A DNA stretch of 64,000 nucleotides from Myxococcota bacterium (GCA_039030515.1 JBCCEA010000001.1:189184-253183), one strand, 5' to 3'; numbered from the stretch's first letter, positions 39,090 through 51,539 are shown. Notes: generated from the sequence alone by a model not told the origin. Numbers and translations: made by a program.

Positions 39090-39818
39090 ATGACCACGAA
39101 CGCCTGGGACACCGCGTCCCGACTCGCCGACAAGCACGCCAACCAGGGCGGCATCTTCGTCCGGCTCACCAGCAACGGCGACAAGATCGTCGGGGCCTTC
39201 TGCGGCGAGCCCTTCGCCCGCGAGGTCGTCTGGACCGGTGAGCGCTACGAGACCTACGACCCGTCCGTCCACACCGACAAGCGCCCGAGCCTCCGCGTAA
39301 TGCTCAACTTCTTCGTCCCCGCCGAGGGCGACATGAAGGTCATCGAGGGCGGCACGGTCTGGTTCAAGGACGTGCTCAAGGTCCGCGACAAGTACGGCCT
39401 CGACAAGTGGCTCTTCGAGATCGAGCGCCACGGTGAGGCCGGCGATCCGAAGACCACCTACAGCATCCTCCCCGAGGAGAAGCTCGACGACGAGCTGCGC
39501 GGTCAGATCGCCGACGCCGAGCTGCACGACCTCGCCGCGCTGTCGAGCGGCGACGCCAACGCGGACAAGGGGGGTGACAAGCCGGCGAGCAAGCCGAGCA
39601 GCGGCCCCATCGATCCCCGCGACGCGAGCCAGCTCGTGGGTCGCCTCAAGCAGCTGCCGCGCTCCGACGTCGACGCCTTCCTCGCCGAGTTCGGCGTCAA
39701 GCGGGTCCGCGACCTGAAGGCGAGCGACGTGGCCAAGGCCAAGCAGGCCCTCGACCGGCTCGAGGCCGCCATGCGCGCCGCGGACGACGAGGACGACTCC
39801 ATCGACCCCTTCGCGTGA
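39090..39818 (+). CDS. Putative single-stranded DNA-binding protein
   Basis: Acidic C-terminal tail DDEDDSIDPFA; first large gene of the replication module. Confidence 0.55.
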   Translation: MTTNAWDTASRLADKHANQGGIFVRLTSNGDKIVGAFCGEPFAREVVWTGERYETYDPSVHTDKRPSLRVMLNFFVPAEGDMKVIEGGTVWFKDVLKVRDKYGLDKWLFEIERHGEAGDPKTTYSILPEEKLDDELRGQIADAELHDLAALSSGDANADKGGDKPASKPSSGPIDPRDASQLVGRLKQLPRSDVDAFLAEFGVKRVRDLKASDVAKAKQALDRLEAAMRAADDEDDSIDPFA

Positions 39819-39833
39819 GCCAGGAGGTGCCGC

Positions 39834-41228
39834 ATGGTGCGCGCCATCGTCGACAGCGTGATCCGCCTCGCCGAGGCGGAGCTGCCCCCGAGGTCGCTCG
39901 CGACCCTCCACCGGGCGCTCTCGTTCCCGAACCCGGAGTTCGTCATGCGCCAGCGCATGGGCCGGTGGACGGGCGCGACGCCCGAGGAGATCTGCCTCAT
40001 CGACCGCGACGCCCAGGGGCGGCTCGTGTTCCCCCGGGGCGCCGTCGGCACGCTGCGTGCCGCGGTCGCCTCGGCGGGGGCGGAGCTCGCGTTCGATGAC
40101 CAGCGCGTGCGCCACGAGGCCCTCGACCTGCCGTTCTCCTTCACCCTGCGCGACTATCAGGAGGAGGCCGTCGTCGCCCTGGTCCGACACACCCAGGGAA
40201 CGGCGGTCCTCCCCTGCGGGGCGGGCAAGACCGTCATCGGGGCGGGCGCCATCGCTCGCTGCGGTCAGCCCGCGCTGGTCCTCGTCCACACCCACGACCT
40301 GCTCGAGCAGTGGCGTGACACGCTCCGCGCCGCCCTGGACGTGGAGCCGGGCGTCATCGCCGACGGGAAGCTCGCGCCCGCCGACGTCACCGTCGCCACC
40401 GTCCAGACCCTCGCCAACCTGAGCCCGCGTGACCTGGCCGCGGTCGGAGCACGCTTCGGCTGCGTCATCGTCGACGAGTGCCATCACGTTCCGGCGACCA
40501 CCTTCCGCGAGGTCGTCGGCGCGCTCCCAGCGGTCTACCGCTTCGGCCTGACCGCGACCCCCGAGCGTAGCGACGGGCTCACCCCGATGCTGTGCTTCGC
40601 TCTGGGCGAGCCCGTGTTCTCCATCGAGCACGGCCGCCTGGTCGACGCCGGCCACCTGGTCGTGCCCGAAGTCGTGGCGGTCCACACCGGCGTCAACGTC
40701 CCCGCCGACAGCCACAGCGAGCTCGTCTCACGCCTGGTCCGGCACCAGGGCCGCAACGGCCAGCTCCTCGACCTCGCCACCGAGAGCACCTTCGGCGGCA
40801 AGGCGACGCTGGTGCTCTCCGGCCGCGTCGATCACTGCGAGCACCTCACCGCGAAGCTCTGCGAAGAAGACGTCGCCGCGGCGGCGCTCACCGGCCGCAC
40901 GCCGAAGGCCAAGCGCAGCGCCATCCTCGACGCCTTCCGCGAGGGCGAGCTCGCCGTGGTCTGCGCCACCTCGCTCGCCGACGAGGGGCTCGACGTCTCC
41001 CGCCTCGAGCGACTGATCCTCGCCACGCCGGCCCGGGCCGAGGGGCGCACCATCCAGCGCCTGGGTCGGCTGATGCGCCCGCACCCCGGCAAGGGCACGC
41101 CCATCCTCTACGACCTCGTCGACGACCACCCGATGGCGCGTCGGCAGCACGCCGCCCGGCGTCGGGCGTACCGCAAGGTCCTCGGCGAAGACGCGCCCAT
41201 GTCGGTGCTCGCACGGAGGGCCGCGTGA
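39834..41228 (+). CDS. SF2 DExH helicase
   Basis: LRDYQ, PCGAGKT, DECHH, TAT, EGLD and QRLGR motifs. Confidence 0.93.
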   Translation: MVRAIVDSVIRLAEAELPPRSLATLHRALSFPNPEFVMRQRMGRWTGATPEEICLIDRDAQGRLVFPRGAVGTLRAAVASAGAELAFDDQRVRHEALDLPFSFTLRDYQEEAVVALVRHTQGTAVLPCGAGKTVIGAGAIARCGQPALVLVHTHDLLEQWRDTLRAALDVEPGVIADGKLAPADVTVATVQTLANLSPRDLAAVGARFGCVIVDECHHVPATTFREVVGALPAVYRFGLTATPERSDGLTPMLCFALGEPVFSIEHGRLVDAGHLVVPEVVAVHTGVNVPADSHSELVSRLVRHQGRNGQLLDLATESTFGGKATLVLSGRVDHCEHLTAKLCEEDVAAAALTGRTPKAKRSAILDAFREGELAVVCATSLADEGLDVSRLERLILATPARAEGRTIQRLGRLMRPHPGKGTPILYDLVDDHPMARRQHAARRRAYRKVLGEDAPMSVLARRAA

Positions 41229-44200
41229 ACGACTTTCGCGCCGTCGTCGACGCCGTCCGCGACCGCACCGATCTGGTGAGCCTCGTCGGGCGCGACGTCC
41301 AGCTGCACCAGGCCGGCTCGGTGCTCAAGGGCAGCTCGCCGTTTCGCAACGACACCGACCCGTCCTTCGTGGTCTGGCCGCACAGCCAGACGTGGCGCGA
41401 CTTCTCGGGCGCCTCGGACGACGGCGGCGACTGCCTCGACTACGTGATGGCGCGCGACGGCGTGGGCTTCTGGGAGGCGCTGCACACCCTGGCCGACGAG
41501 GCCGGGGTCGACGTGCCTGGGCGCGAGGACGACCAGCTCCGCGACGAGCTCGACAAGCTGTCCGAGCGCCGCCGCCTCGAGCGGCTGCTCACCGAGGCGG
41601 CCCGCTACTACCACCAGGTGCTGCCGTCGAAGCTGCGCGGGTCCTGGTACAAGGACCGCTACGGCTTCACCGACGAGACGGTCGACAAGCTCCTGCTCGG
41701 CTGGGCCGACGGGCACCTCTACGAGCACCTCGTCGGTGTCGTGGGCGCGACCGAGGAGGAGGCGCTCTCGACCGGGCTCTTCGTGCGCTTCCGCGACGGC
41801 CGGGTCACCGACTTCTTCCAGCAGCGGCTCGTGTTCCCGTACTGGCGGCGCGGTCGGGTCGTGTACTTCATCGCGCGGCAGACCGAGCTCACGCCCGAGG
41901 CGCCCTGGGAGCAGGCCAAGTACAAGAAGCTGCTCACCCGCTCGGACAAGCACCCCTACGTCTCGGCGCTGGTCCAGAACGACACCTTCTACAACGAGGA
42001 CGCCGCCACCCGCGGCCGCGTCCGCCAGCTGCTCGTGACCGAGGGCGTCACCGACTGCATCTCGGCGATGCAGGCCGGCGTGCCGTGCATCTCCCCGGTC
42101 ACGGTCCGCTTCCGCAAGAAGGACCGGCCCAAGCTCATCGCGCTGACCGAGCGCGTCTCCGAGGTCGTCATCTGCAACGACTCCGAGGACAGCGGCGCCG
42201 GCGAGGCGGGCGCGACCGAGACCGCGGCGGCGCTGCAGGCCGAGGGGCGGATCGTCCGCATCGCCCGCATCCCGCGGCCCGAGGGCAAGGACAAGGTCGA
42301 CCTCAACGAGCTCGTGGCCGAGGGGGGCGCCGCCGCCCTCGAGCGGGTCATGCGGGACGCCGCCGACTGGTGCGAGCACCTCATCGAGCAGATCTCCGTC
42401 GACGCCTCGAAGCGCGAGGTCAGCGCCCGGCTGCGCGAGGTGCTGCCGCTCATCCGCTCCGCCGACCCGGTGCTCCGCGACGGCTACGCCGACCTCATCA
42501 AGAGCCGCTTCAAGCTGCGCGCGCAGACCGTACGCCAGCTCCTGCGAGAGACAGACCGCCCGCGGAAGAACACGGACGAGGAAGACTACGCGCCCGGCGT
42601 CGGCCTCAAGGGCGAGGTCCTCGAGGACACCGACCACTACTACATCCTCGGCCGGCGCGGAGAGCCCGTCACCATCTCGAGCTTCCAGATCGAGCCGGTG
42701 CGGCGCGTGGCCACCGACGCAGGCGACATCATCGACGCCGACGTGACCACGACCAGCGGCCGTGTCTACCGCGGCGTCCGCTTCCCCCGCGAGGCGTGGC
42801 ACAGCAAGCGGCACCTGCTGCGGGTGCTGAAGTCGGCCGACATGCTCTGGACCGGCTCCGACGACAACGTCCAGGGCGTGCTCAAGCTCGTGGCCGAGCG
42901 AGATGTGCCGGCGATGCGCGGCATCACGAACCTCGGCTACGCGGAGATCGGCGGCGAACCCATCTGGGTCGTGCCCGAGAGCGTGGTCGGCCCCGAAGGC
43001 GCCGCGCTCCCCGATGACGTGCTCTTCGTCGACTCCGGCGACGCCCTCCACAAGCGGCTGCGCCGGCTCGACCCGGTCGACCCGGCGGTGGAGGCGGCGA
43101 CCGCCGCGCTCGTGCTGCCGAAGCTCCTCGAGCTGAACACGCCCGAGGTCATCCTGCCCATCCTCGGCTGGTTCTTCGCCGCGCCGCTCAAGCCCCGCAT
43201 CCACAAGGCCCTTGGCCACTTCCCGATCCTCTGCGTGTGGGGCACCCAGGGTTCGGGCAAGAGCTCCATCGTGATGGAGGTGTTCTGGCCGCTCATGGGC
43301 ATCCGCTCGGCCGAGCCCTTCAGCGCCACCGAGACCGAGTTCGCGCTGCTCAAGCTGCTCTCGTCGACCAACTCCGTCCCGGTGTTCATCGACGAGTACA
43401 AGCCCTTCGACATGCCGCGCTACCGGCGAAACACGCTGCACCGATACATGCGCCGCCTCTACACCGGCGAGGTCGAGAGCCGCGGCCGCGCCGACCAGAC
43501 CGTGGTCAGCTACCGCCTCCACGCGCCGCTCTGCCTGGCCGGCGAGACCCGGCCCATCGAGTCGGCCCTGGTGGAGCGCATCGTCACCGCGAACCCGAGC
43601 AAGGACACGCTGCCCGACCGGCCGGAGATGGTGCGCGCCTTCCAGAAGCTGAAGACGGTGGACCTCGGGCTGCTGACCCGGGGCATCCTCCGCCACCTGC
43701 TCGCCCGAGACACCGCGGCCGACCTCGCCGTGGCCACCCGTGTGGTGGAGGGCACGCTCGCCGGGCGCGAGGTGCCCCTGCGCATCAAGGACAACCTCAT
43801 CGCCACCGTGTGCGGGCTGCTCCACTTCGAGGGCTACGCCGAGAGCCTGGGCGTGCGCCTGCCCGAGCTCGACGTCGCGGTGCTGGTGGCCGCCCAGTGC
43901 GACGACCTGCTCGAGAGCGGGGGGCGCACGGTGAAGACGGGGCTCGACTACTTCCTCGAGATCCTCTCGAGCCTCGCCGTCAGCGGCGGCATCCAGCACA
44001 ACCGCCAGTACACCTACTCGAGCGGGCAGCTCGCGCTGCACGTCGCCTCGTGCCACGCGGCCTACGCCGAGCACTGCCGGCGCATCGGCTACGAGGGCGA
44101 GGTCCTCGACAAGAAGGCGCTCGTCCGCCAGCTGCAGGAGAACCATCGCCGCGGCGGCTACGTCACCGAGGTCAGCCGCGCGACCACCTTCGGCACCCGC

Positions 44201-44326
44201 GGCGACAAGCGCCGGGCGGCCTTCATCGACCTCGAGGCGGTCAAGCGGCTGCTCGACGTCGATGACTTCCCCCAGGACGAGCCCAGCAGCGCGGGCGGGT
44301 ACGGCGGGGGCTGGCATGACGACTGA
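41225..44326 (+). CDS. DnaG-type primase fused to a C-terminal P-loop helicase/ATPase
   Basis: GTG 41225; TOPRIM VTEGVTD and CNDSED; Walker A GTQGSGKS, Walker B VFIDEY. Confidence 0.88.
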   Translation: MNDFRAVVDAVRDRTDLVSLVGRDVQLHQAGSVLKGSSPFRNDTDPSFVVWPHSQTWRDFSGASDDGGDCLDYVMARDGVGFWEALHTLADEAGVDVPGREDDQLRDELDKLSERRRLERLLTEAARYYHQVLPSKLRGSWYKDRYGFTDETVDKLLLGWADGHLYEHLVGVVGATEEEALSTGLFVRFRDGRVTDFFQQRLVFPYWRRGRVVYFIARQTELTPEAPWEQAKYKKLLTRSDKHPYVSALVQNDTFYNEDAATRGRVRQLLVTEGVTDCISAMQAGVPCISPVTVRFRKKDRPKLIALTERVSEVVICNDSEDSGAGEAGATETAAALQAEGRIVRIARIPRPEGKDKVDLNELVAEGGAAALERVMRDAADWCEHLIEQISVDASKREVSARLREVLPLIRSADPVLRDGYADLIKSRFKLRAQTVRQLLRETDRPRKNTDEEDYAPGVGLKGEVLEDTDHYYILGRRGEPVTISSFQIEPVRRVATDAGDIIDADVTTTSGRVYRGVRFPREAWHSKRHLLRVLKSADMLWTGSDDNVQGVLKLVAERDVPAMRGITNLGYAEIGGEPIWVVPESVVGPEGAALPDDVLFVDSGDALHKRLRRLDPVDPAVEAATAALVLPKLLELNTPEVILPILGWFFAAPLKPRIHKALGHFPILCVWGTQGSGKSSIVMEVFWPLMGIRSAEPFSATETEFALLKLLSSTNSVPVFIDEYKPFDMPRYRRNTLHRYMRRLYTGEVESRGRADQTVVSYRLHAPLCLAGETRPIESALVERIVTANPSKDTLPDRPEMVRAFQKLKTVDLGLLTRGILRHLLARDTAADLAVATRVVEGTLAGREVPLRIKDNLIATVCGLLHFEGYAESLGVRLPELDVAVLVAAQCDDLLESGGRTVKTGLDYFLEILSSLAVSGGIQHNRQYTYSSGQLALHVASCHAAYAEHCRRIGYEGEVLDKKALVRQLQENHRRGGYVTEVSRATTFGTRGDKRRAAFIDLEAVKRLLDVDDFPQDEPSSAGGYGGGWHDD

Positions 44327-44376
44327 TCTGCCGGCTGTGCACCGCGTCTCAAATGCTTGTTTTGCTTCCGGAATCG

Positions 44377-44408
44377 GCTTGATGGGTTCGCGGAAGGAAG
44401 CGTGTATG
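44377..44408 (+). promoter_or_regulatory. 32-bp motif upstream of DUF2924 and the serine recombinase (shared with 25214..25245)
   Basis: GCTTGATGGGTTCGCGGAAGGAAGCGTGTATG. Confidence 0.65.
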
Positions 44409-44464
44409 CCGACAGCCGAGCACGACGGCTCGGCGCCACGACAACCATCACCATGGAGGACCGC

Positions 44465-45009
44465 ATGAGCCGATCGACCGTCGAGCAAGCGCGTCCCGCC
44501 GGCGCGGAGGCGCAGCAGCGGCTGCGCGAGCGCCTGGCCGAGATCCAGGCGATGCCGGTCAGCGAGCTGCAGGACCTGTACTACGACCTGCACGGCCGCG
44601 CGACGCGGGCCCGCAACCGGCCCTGGCTGATCAAGCGTCTGAGCTACAGGACGCAGGAGCTGATGACTGGGCTGAGCCTGAGCGCCGAGGCCGAGCAGCG
44701 CATCGCCGACCTCGGCGAGGACGAGCCGGTGCGGCTGCGCGACGAGGGAGACCCGCCGCCGCTGCCCGAGCCGCCGGCCAAGCCCCGCGACCCGCGGCTG
44801 CCCCCGGTGGGCACCGTCATCCACCGCGCCCACAAGGGCGAGGTCCACGAGATCACCGTGCTCGACGACGGCTTCGAGTACGAGGGCCGCCACTACACGA
44901 GCCTCTCCACCATCGCCCGTGAGGTCACCGGCACCAGCTGGAACGGCTTCCTCTGGGCGGGCCTGACCAAGCGGAAGAAGCGCAAGCGCGGCGACGCCGG
45001 GGAGGACGG

Positions 45010-45013
<4 letters not shown>
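44465..45013 (+). CDS. DUF2924 domain protein
   Basis: GGAGG RBS; LIKRLSYRTQE and GFEYEGRHYTSLSTIAREVTGTSWNG. Confidence 0.9.
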
Positions 45014-46670
<1,657 letters not shown>

Positions 46671-46674
<4 letters not shown>

Positions 46675-47063
46675 CCCAGCACACCGAGACGATCGCCTTC
46701 CAGCCCCGACAGCGGCGCACGCAGGCCCGCGTGAAGCGCCGCCGGCGTCAGCTCGCCGAACGCCGTCCCGCCCGCGTCGCCCGCCGCCTGGCGCTGGCCC
46801 ACCGCATCGCCGCCGACATCGAGGCCGGCCGGTACAAGGACTACGCCGACGTCGCCCGCCGCCACGGGCTCACCCGCGCCCGGCTGACCCAGCTGATGAA
46901 CCTCCTGCTCCTCGCCCCCGACATCCAGGAGGAGGTGCTGGCGCTCAAGTTCCCGGTGGGGCGGGAGCCCGTCACCGAGCGCACCCTGCGCCGGGTGCTG
47001 GCCAGCCTGTGCTGGGAGGATCAGCGGGCTGCGTGGGTGGAGATCAGACCGTCGCGTTCGTGA
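46671..47063 (+). CDS. Small HTH protein after the serine recombinase
   Basis: ATG 46671; YADVARRHGLTRARLTQLMNL. Confidence 0.75.
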
Positions 47064-47363
47064 ACTCGCGGACGCGCTCAGCGCGGTGACGCTGCTTGTC
47101 GGCATCCAGGATCGGGCCTTGGTCGGCGAAACGGGGTAGCGAACACAGGCGACAGGTGACGCGGGGAGCGTCGGCGAAGACACGTCCGACGGCGCGCTCG
47201 TCTTCGCGTGACTCCGAAAGGGCACCGGGCCCCAGCGTCGCCTCCGCGGTCCACCTGCGACGAGCCCCTGGCCTCGGCGCTTGTCGCGGTCCACCTCGCC
47301 AAGCCCGCCTATCGATCGAAGTTGGCCCTCGCGGTCGCGAGACCGAACGCGCGGGCAGCGGGG

Positions 47364-47813
47364 CTATCTCCAGCGTACCTTTGCGGTTCCGCAGTGGGGC
47401 GTTCCGTCGGGTCCCGAGCCGCTGACCGAGGTCGTGATCGATCCACGCTTGACCTGCGCCCATGTGACGCCAGGCGACGACCAGTCCTTCCGGGAACAAC
47501 GGCTTAGGTAGAGCTTGAGCCGCCGGAACATCTCGTGCTCGCTGGCGGCCGTGACGTGTCCCCAGGAGAGGTAGAGGAAGCGCTCGCCGGGGCGACCATG
47601 AACGAGGGGACCGCTGAAGTCGGGGTCACCGCCACGACCTTGCTTGACGCCGACGGAGACCTCGAAGCGCGTCCCGCCTTCGAGCGCGGTTCCACGGACG
47701 ATGTCGTTGCGCCCGGACTGTAGCCCGAGGCTGAGCGCCGCCGGGTCGGTGCACCACACTGCCGGCATGGGCCTGACTTCGATTCGAAGGTCGAGTTGGT
47801 CGGGGTGGCTCAC
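47364..47813 (-). CDS. DUF5990 family protein
   Basis: DFSGPLVHGRPGERFLYLSWG and MFRRLKL; start uncertain (GTG 47813 or 47894). Confidence 0.75.
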   Translation of the reverse strand: MSHPDQLDLRIEVRPMPAVWCTDPAALSLGLQSGRNDIVRGTALEGGTRFEVSVGVKQGRGGDPDFSGPLVHGRPGERFLYLSWGHVTAASEHEMFRRLKLYLSRCSRKDWSSPGVTWAQVKRGSITTSVSGSGPDGTPHCGTAKVRWR

Positions 47814-47890
47814 CGTGTCCTCGCGTTCTCTTCCGGCTCCATCGTCGATCCTGTTCTGTTGTCGTCGGCCATGGTCCGGGTGTCGAGAGT

Positions 47891-48790
47891 TCACACGTCA
47901 ACGTGGGCCATCGCACTCGCCCACGCGCCACGAAGCTCGTCGAGCAGCGCCGCCAGCGTCGGGTCATCGTGCGCGCGATGACCGTACACCGCCCAGACCT
48001 GGCGCCTCGGCAGCTGCCACGCCTCGAGTACGGGCACCAGCCGCTCCGGGTGGAGGTCGTCTCTCACCGCGAGCCACGGCACCAGCAGCACACCAGCCCC
48101 TCGCAGACACGCTTCGACGACCAACCTCGAACTCTCGGACGTGAGACGCGGCACGACCGGCACCGCTGATTCCTGACCTTCGCGAACGAAGACCCACTGC
48201 GACGACGTCCGGGTGCCGTACTCGAGAAGGGCGTGGTTGCGCAGGTGGGCTGGGCTGGCGGGTATGCCGCGCTCGGCCAGGTACGACGGCGCTGCGCAGA
48301 GTACGTTCGTCGCATGGCCAAGCGGAACCGCGAAGTGCGGCTCGGGCGGCTCGGCGCCGACCCGAATCATCAGGTCGTAGTCTTCAGTCAGGAGGCTCGT
48401 GCGGTTGCTCTCGCAGTCGGCCAACACGCGCACGTCGGGCCAGGTCTGAACAAAGCGCATCAGCGCGGTCGTGAGCACCGTCTCACCGAAGACGGGTGGC
48501 GCCGTCAGTCGAACCAGGCCCGTCGGATAGGACCTGGCCCGGTCCATGGTGGCAGCGATCTCTCGGCGCAGATCGCGAAGCCTTCGTGCGTGCGGTAGGA
48601 GCTCGCGCGCGAGCGAGGTCGGACGCAGGTCCCGGGTTGTGCGGTCAAGCAAGGGCGCACCCGCCTCGAGTTCGAGACCGTCGATGCTGCGATGCACCGC
48701 CTGGCGCGAGATACCGAGTCGGCGGGCCGCGGCGGCGAAGCTCCCCTCCTCGACCACAGCGAGCAGGCGCAGCGTGGCTTCCATGTCCAT
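47891..48790 (-). CDS. LysR family regulator
   Basis: GSFAAAARRLGISRQAV HTH plus substrate-binding domain. Confidence 0.93.
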   Translation of the reverse strand: MDMEATLRLLAVVEEGSFAAAARRLGISRQAVHRSIDGLELEAGAPLLDRTTRDLRPTSLARELLPHARRLRDLRREIAATMDRARSYPTGLVRLTAPPVFGETVLTTALMRFVQTWPDVRVLADCESNRTSLLTEDYDLMIRVGAEPPEPHFAVPLGHATNVLCAAPSYLAERGIPASPAHLRNHALLEYGTRTSSQWVFVREGQESAVPVVPRLTSESSRLVVEACLRGAGVLLVPWLAVRDDLHPERLVPVLEAWQLPRRQVWAVYGHRAHDDPTLAALLDELRGAWASAMAHVDV

Positions 48791-48909
48791 CGCGGTGTGT
48801 CCGTTTTTGTTGACGCAGAAGTTGCGAAGAGCGCTATGGCGTCCGCGTTTGTACTCGCGTAGAAGACATCATGTCAACACGTTGTTGACCAAACTGCTCG
48901 GGAGACGGA

Positions 48910-49872
48910 ATGAACACGCCCAGAGACTCATCACAAGAAGGGAAAGCCAGGACCGTTTGCATCGTCGGTGCGAGCGGGTGGCTCGGGCGCAAGATCGCGG
49001 ATGCGCTCGACGCGCGCGGGGCGCAGCTTGTGCTCGCTCTGCGGGGCGGGCGAGACCACCCTGGAGCCCCGCGGCTCGCCGGACTCGTAGGCCGCGGCGC
49101 ACGGATCGTAGCCGCGGACGTCACTCGCCCTGAGACTCTCGGCGCTGCCGTCGAAGGGGTCGACGTCGTCGTGTCTGCCGTCCAGGGCGGGCGCGATGTC
49201 GTGGTTGAGGGTCAGCTGGCCCTCGCGAAGGCAGCGTTCGACGCGGGGGTGACCCGAATGTTGCCGTCGGACTACTGCGTCGACCATCGGCAGGTCGACC
49301 GCACGCAGAACATCTTCCTGGGGCTGCGCCGCGAAGCTGACGAGGCGATCGGCGGCGCCGGCATGCCCCAGACGAACATGCTTTGCGGCGCGTTCCTCGA
49401 CCTCCTGGCGTTGTCGCTGCACGAGGACCCGTTCTTCGGTCTGGTGGACTGGGAACGCTGGCAGGTCAGGTTCTGGGGCGACGCCGATCGGTCCTACGAC
49501 TTCACCCTTACGGATGACGTCGCCGACGCCACGGCAGAAGTCGCGCTCGACCCACACGCCGAAGAAGGCGCGTTCAACGTGGTCGGCACGCGCGCCAGCC
49601 CGCGAGAGCTCGCTTCGCTGGTGGGGAGGCTCGCAGGTCGGGAGGTGGGGCTTCATCGACTCGGTGACCTGCAGGAGCTTCACGCGGAGATCCGCCGGCG
49701 TCAGGACATCGCGCCGAGCGACCCGACGCAGTGGGGAGGCCTGCAGTTCCACGCGCTTATGGCGTCCGGCGCTTGTGGCGTCGGGCCGTCGCAGCACGGG
49801 CGGTACGGCCTGGAGCCGACATCGGCCGAAGTGTTCTTGACCGGCGTGATCGACGCGAGGAGGACGACGTGA
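48910..49872 (+). CDS. NmrA-family NAD(P)-binding oxidoreductase
   Basis: VGASGWLG Rossmann motif; GVTRMLPSDY. Confidence 0.85.
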   Translation: MNTPRDSSQEGKARTVCIVGASGWLGRKIADALDARGAQLVLALRGGRDHPGAPRLAGLVGRGARIVAADVTRPETLGAAVEGVDVVVSAVQGGRDVVVEGQLALAKAAFDAGVTRMLPSDYCVDHRQVDRTQNIFLGLRREADEAIGGAGMPQTNMLCGAFLDLLALSLHEDPFFGLVDWERWQVRFWGDADRSYDFTLTDDVADATAEVALDPHAEEGAFNVVGTRASPRELASLVGRLAGREVGLHRLGDLQELHAEIRRRQDIAPSDPTQWGGLQFHALMASGACGVGPSQHGRYGLEPTSAEVFLTGVIDARRTT

Positions 49873-50177
49873 CTGCGAACCACAAGACCCCGTTCTACGA
49901 CTTCGTGCGTCAGCGACTGAGCTGCTTCGCCGAGCCCGGCGTACTCGAGGTGATGCACATTCTCATTGGCTCTGATGCGGGTCCGCTTGCGATGGCGAAC
50001 GTCGTGCGACGAGCGGGCCATCGGGCAGCCGAGCAGGCATGCCAGACACTGCTCGCGGAAGGGTACATCGAACAATCGCAGGAGGGGCTGCAGGCGACTC
50101 ACCACGGGCGTGCGCTGCTGCCGGTGCTCGGCCCGGTCTTTCAGTGGGCACATCCACAATACAGGGGGGCATCATGA
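49869..50177 (+). CDS. Small winged-helix (HxlR-like) protein
   Basis: Overlaps both neighbours; LLAEGYI...THHGRALLPVL...QW. Confidence 0.5.
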   Translation: MTANHKTPFYDFVRQRLSCFAEPGVLEVMHILIGSDAGPLAMANVVRRAGHRAAEQACQTLLAEGYIEQSQEGLQATHHGRALLPVLGPVFQWAHPQYRGAS

Positions 50178-51076
50178 CGAACCTGAACACGACGACCCCG
50201 CGCCATGTGCGAGAAGCCCTGGCCCGGATTGGCCGGCGTATCGAACTCTTCGAGACCGCTGCGCTCTTCACCGACATGCATGCCGACGCGACGGCGCAGT
50301 CCCTGGTCTCCCGCGACGTGCGCTACGGCCCCGACGAGCGGAACGTGTTGGACGTGTTCGTGCCGTCCGTTGTCTCGGACCGGCCGCGGCCGCTCGTGGT
50401 GTTCGTTCCGGGTGGCGGGTTCACGCAAGGCGGAAAGCGACCGGGAGAGCTGATCCCCGGTGTACCTACCTACTTCTACGACAACGTCGCCCGCTGGGTG
50501 GCAACGCAGGGGATGGTCGGCGTGGTCGCGGACTACCGACTGGCGCCCGCGCACGGCTTTCCCGCCGGCGTCGAGGACCTCGAAGCGCTGATCATGTGGG
50601 CGAGCAACGAAGCGGTACACTTTGGAGTCGACCCCGGCTCGGTGTTCTTGTGGGGCCACTCTGCTGGTGCAGCTCACGTAGCGGACTTCGTAGCAGCGCG
50701 CTGGCAGGACCATCCACGAACGCTGCGCGGTGCAATTCTCACGTCGGGATTCTACGTGTTGCCCGACGACCGCGTCTCGGAATGGCACGCCTACTATGGT
50801 CGTGACGTTGCGAGGTACAAAGAGCGCTCGTCGCTGCCGGGTCTGACGCGATGCGAGGTTCCTCTCCTCGTCACCGACGCCGAGCTCGATCCGGAGCCGT
50901 TCAAGTTGCAGGCGCAACGACTGGAGTCAGCGTGCAAGCAGCGGGGTAAGGCGGTCCAACGGGCGCATGTACCGTTTCACAGCCACCTCTCCGAAATTTT
51001 CGCGATCGGCACGTCCGACGACTCGCTGACAGGCCCGGTGTCTCGTTTCGTTCGCGCGAACCACCAAAGAAGCTGA
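50174..51076 (+). CDS. Alpha/beta hydrolase (esterase/lipase)
   Basis: PGGGF, DYRLAP and GHSAG motifs. Confidence 0.9.
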   Translation: MTNLNTTTPRHVREALARIGRRIELFETAALFTDMHADATAQSLVSRDVRYGPDERNVLDVFVPSVVSDRPRPLVVFVPGGGFTQGGKRPGELIPGVPTYFYDNVARWVATQGMVGVVADYRLAPAHGFPAGVEDLEALIMWASNEAVHFGVDPGSVFLWGHSAGAAHVADFVAARWQDHPRTLRGAILTSGFYVLPDDRVSEWHAYYGRDVARYKERSSLPGLTRCEVPLLVTDAELDPEPFKLQAQRLESACKQRGKAVQRAHVPFHSHLSEIFAIGTSDDSLTGPVSRFVRANHQRS

Positions 51077-51539
51077 GTGGGCTGTCTCGCGAAAGGTCGC
51101 GCTCGAACGCGACGGGGCACTCGAACTCGTCGTCGGAAACGCCCCTGGTTGGAGCGACCCCTGGTGTGAACCGGCTTTCGGCGCCTGAAGGCGTCTCTGA
51201 GGCCCCAGCAACCAGAGAGCACCGGTCTGGTGTTACCGAGCATGCCACGCGATGGCGTTTCGCGCAGGCTGCATGATGGCGGCGTGACACGAGCGCGCCG
51301 GTCGATGGCCATCGCAGCATGACGGGATCGCGCCGCGCAACACGCCCGCGAGCGCCGGGTTGGTGATGCGCAGGCGCCCGGTCAGCCTCAAGCTGCTGGC
51401 GAACACGACGGCGGGGTCGGGCAGCGCGTCTTGCTCGAGGCCGACCTCGCCTGACCCGCCACCCCGATGCCTATCGCGAGCACGACGCGGCGGGCATCGG
51501 CTACTTCGCTCACCACGACGGCGTGATCGTCAGCAGCGA

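Noticed and set aside
47064..47363. attR candidates (GCGAAGAC...GTCTTCGC inverted repeat; CGCGGTCCACCT twice)
   Set aside because: Short GC-rich matches that cannot be verified without the left end or an empty site
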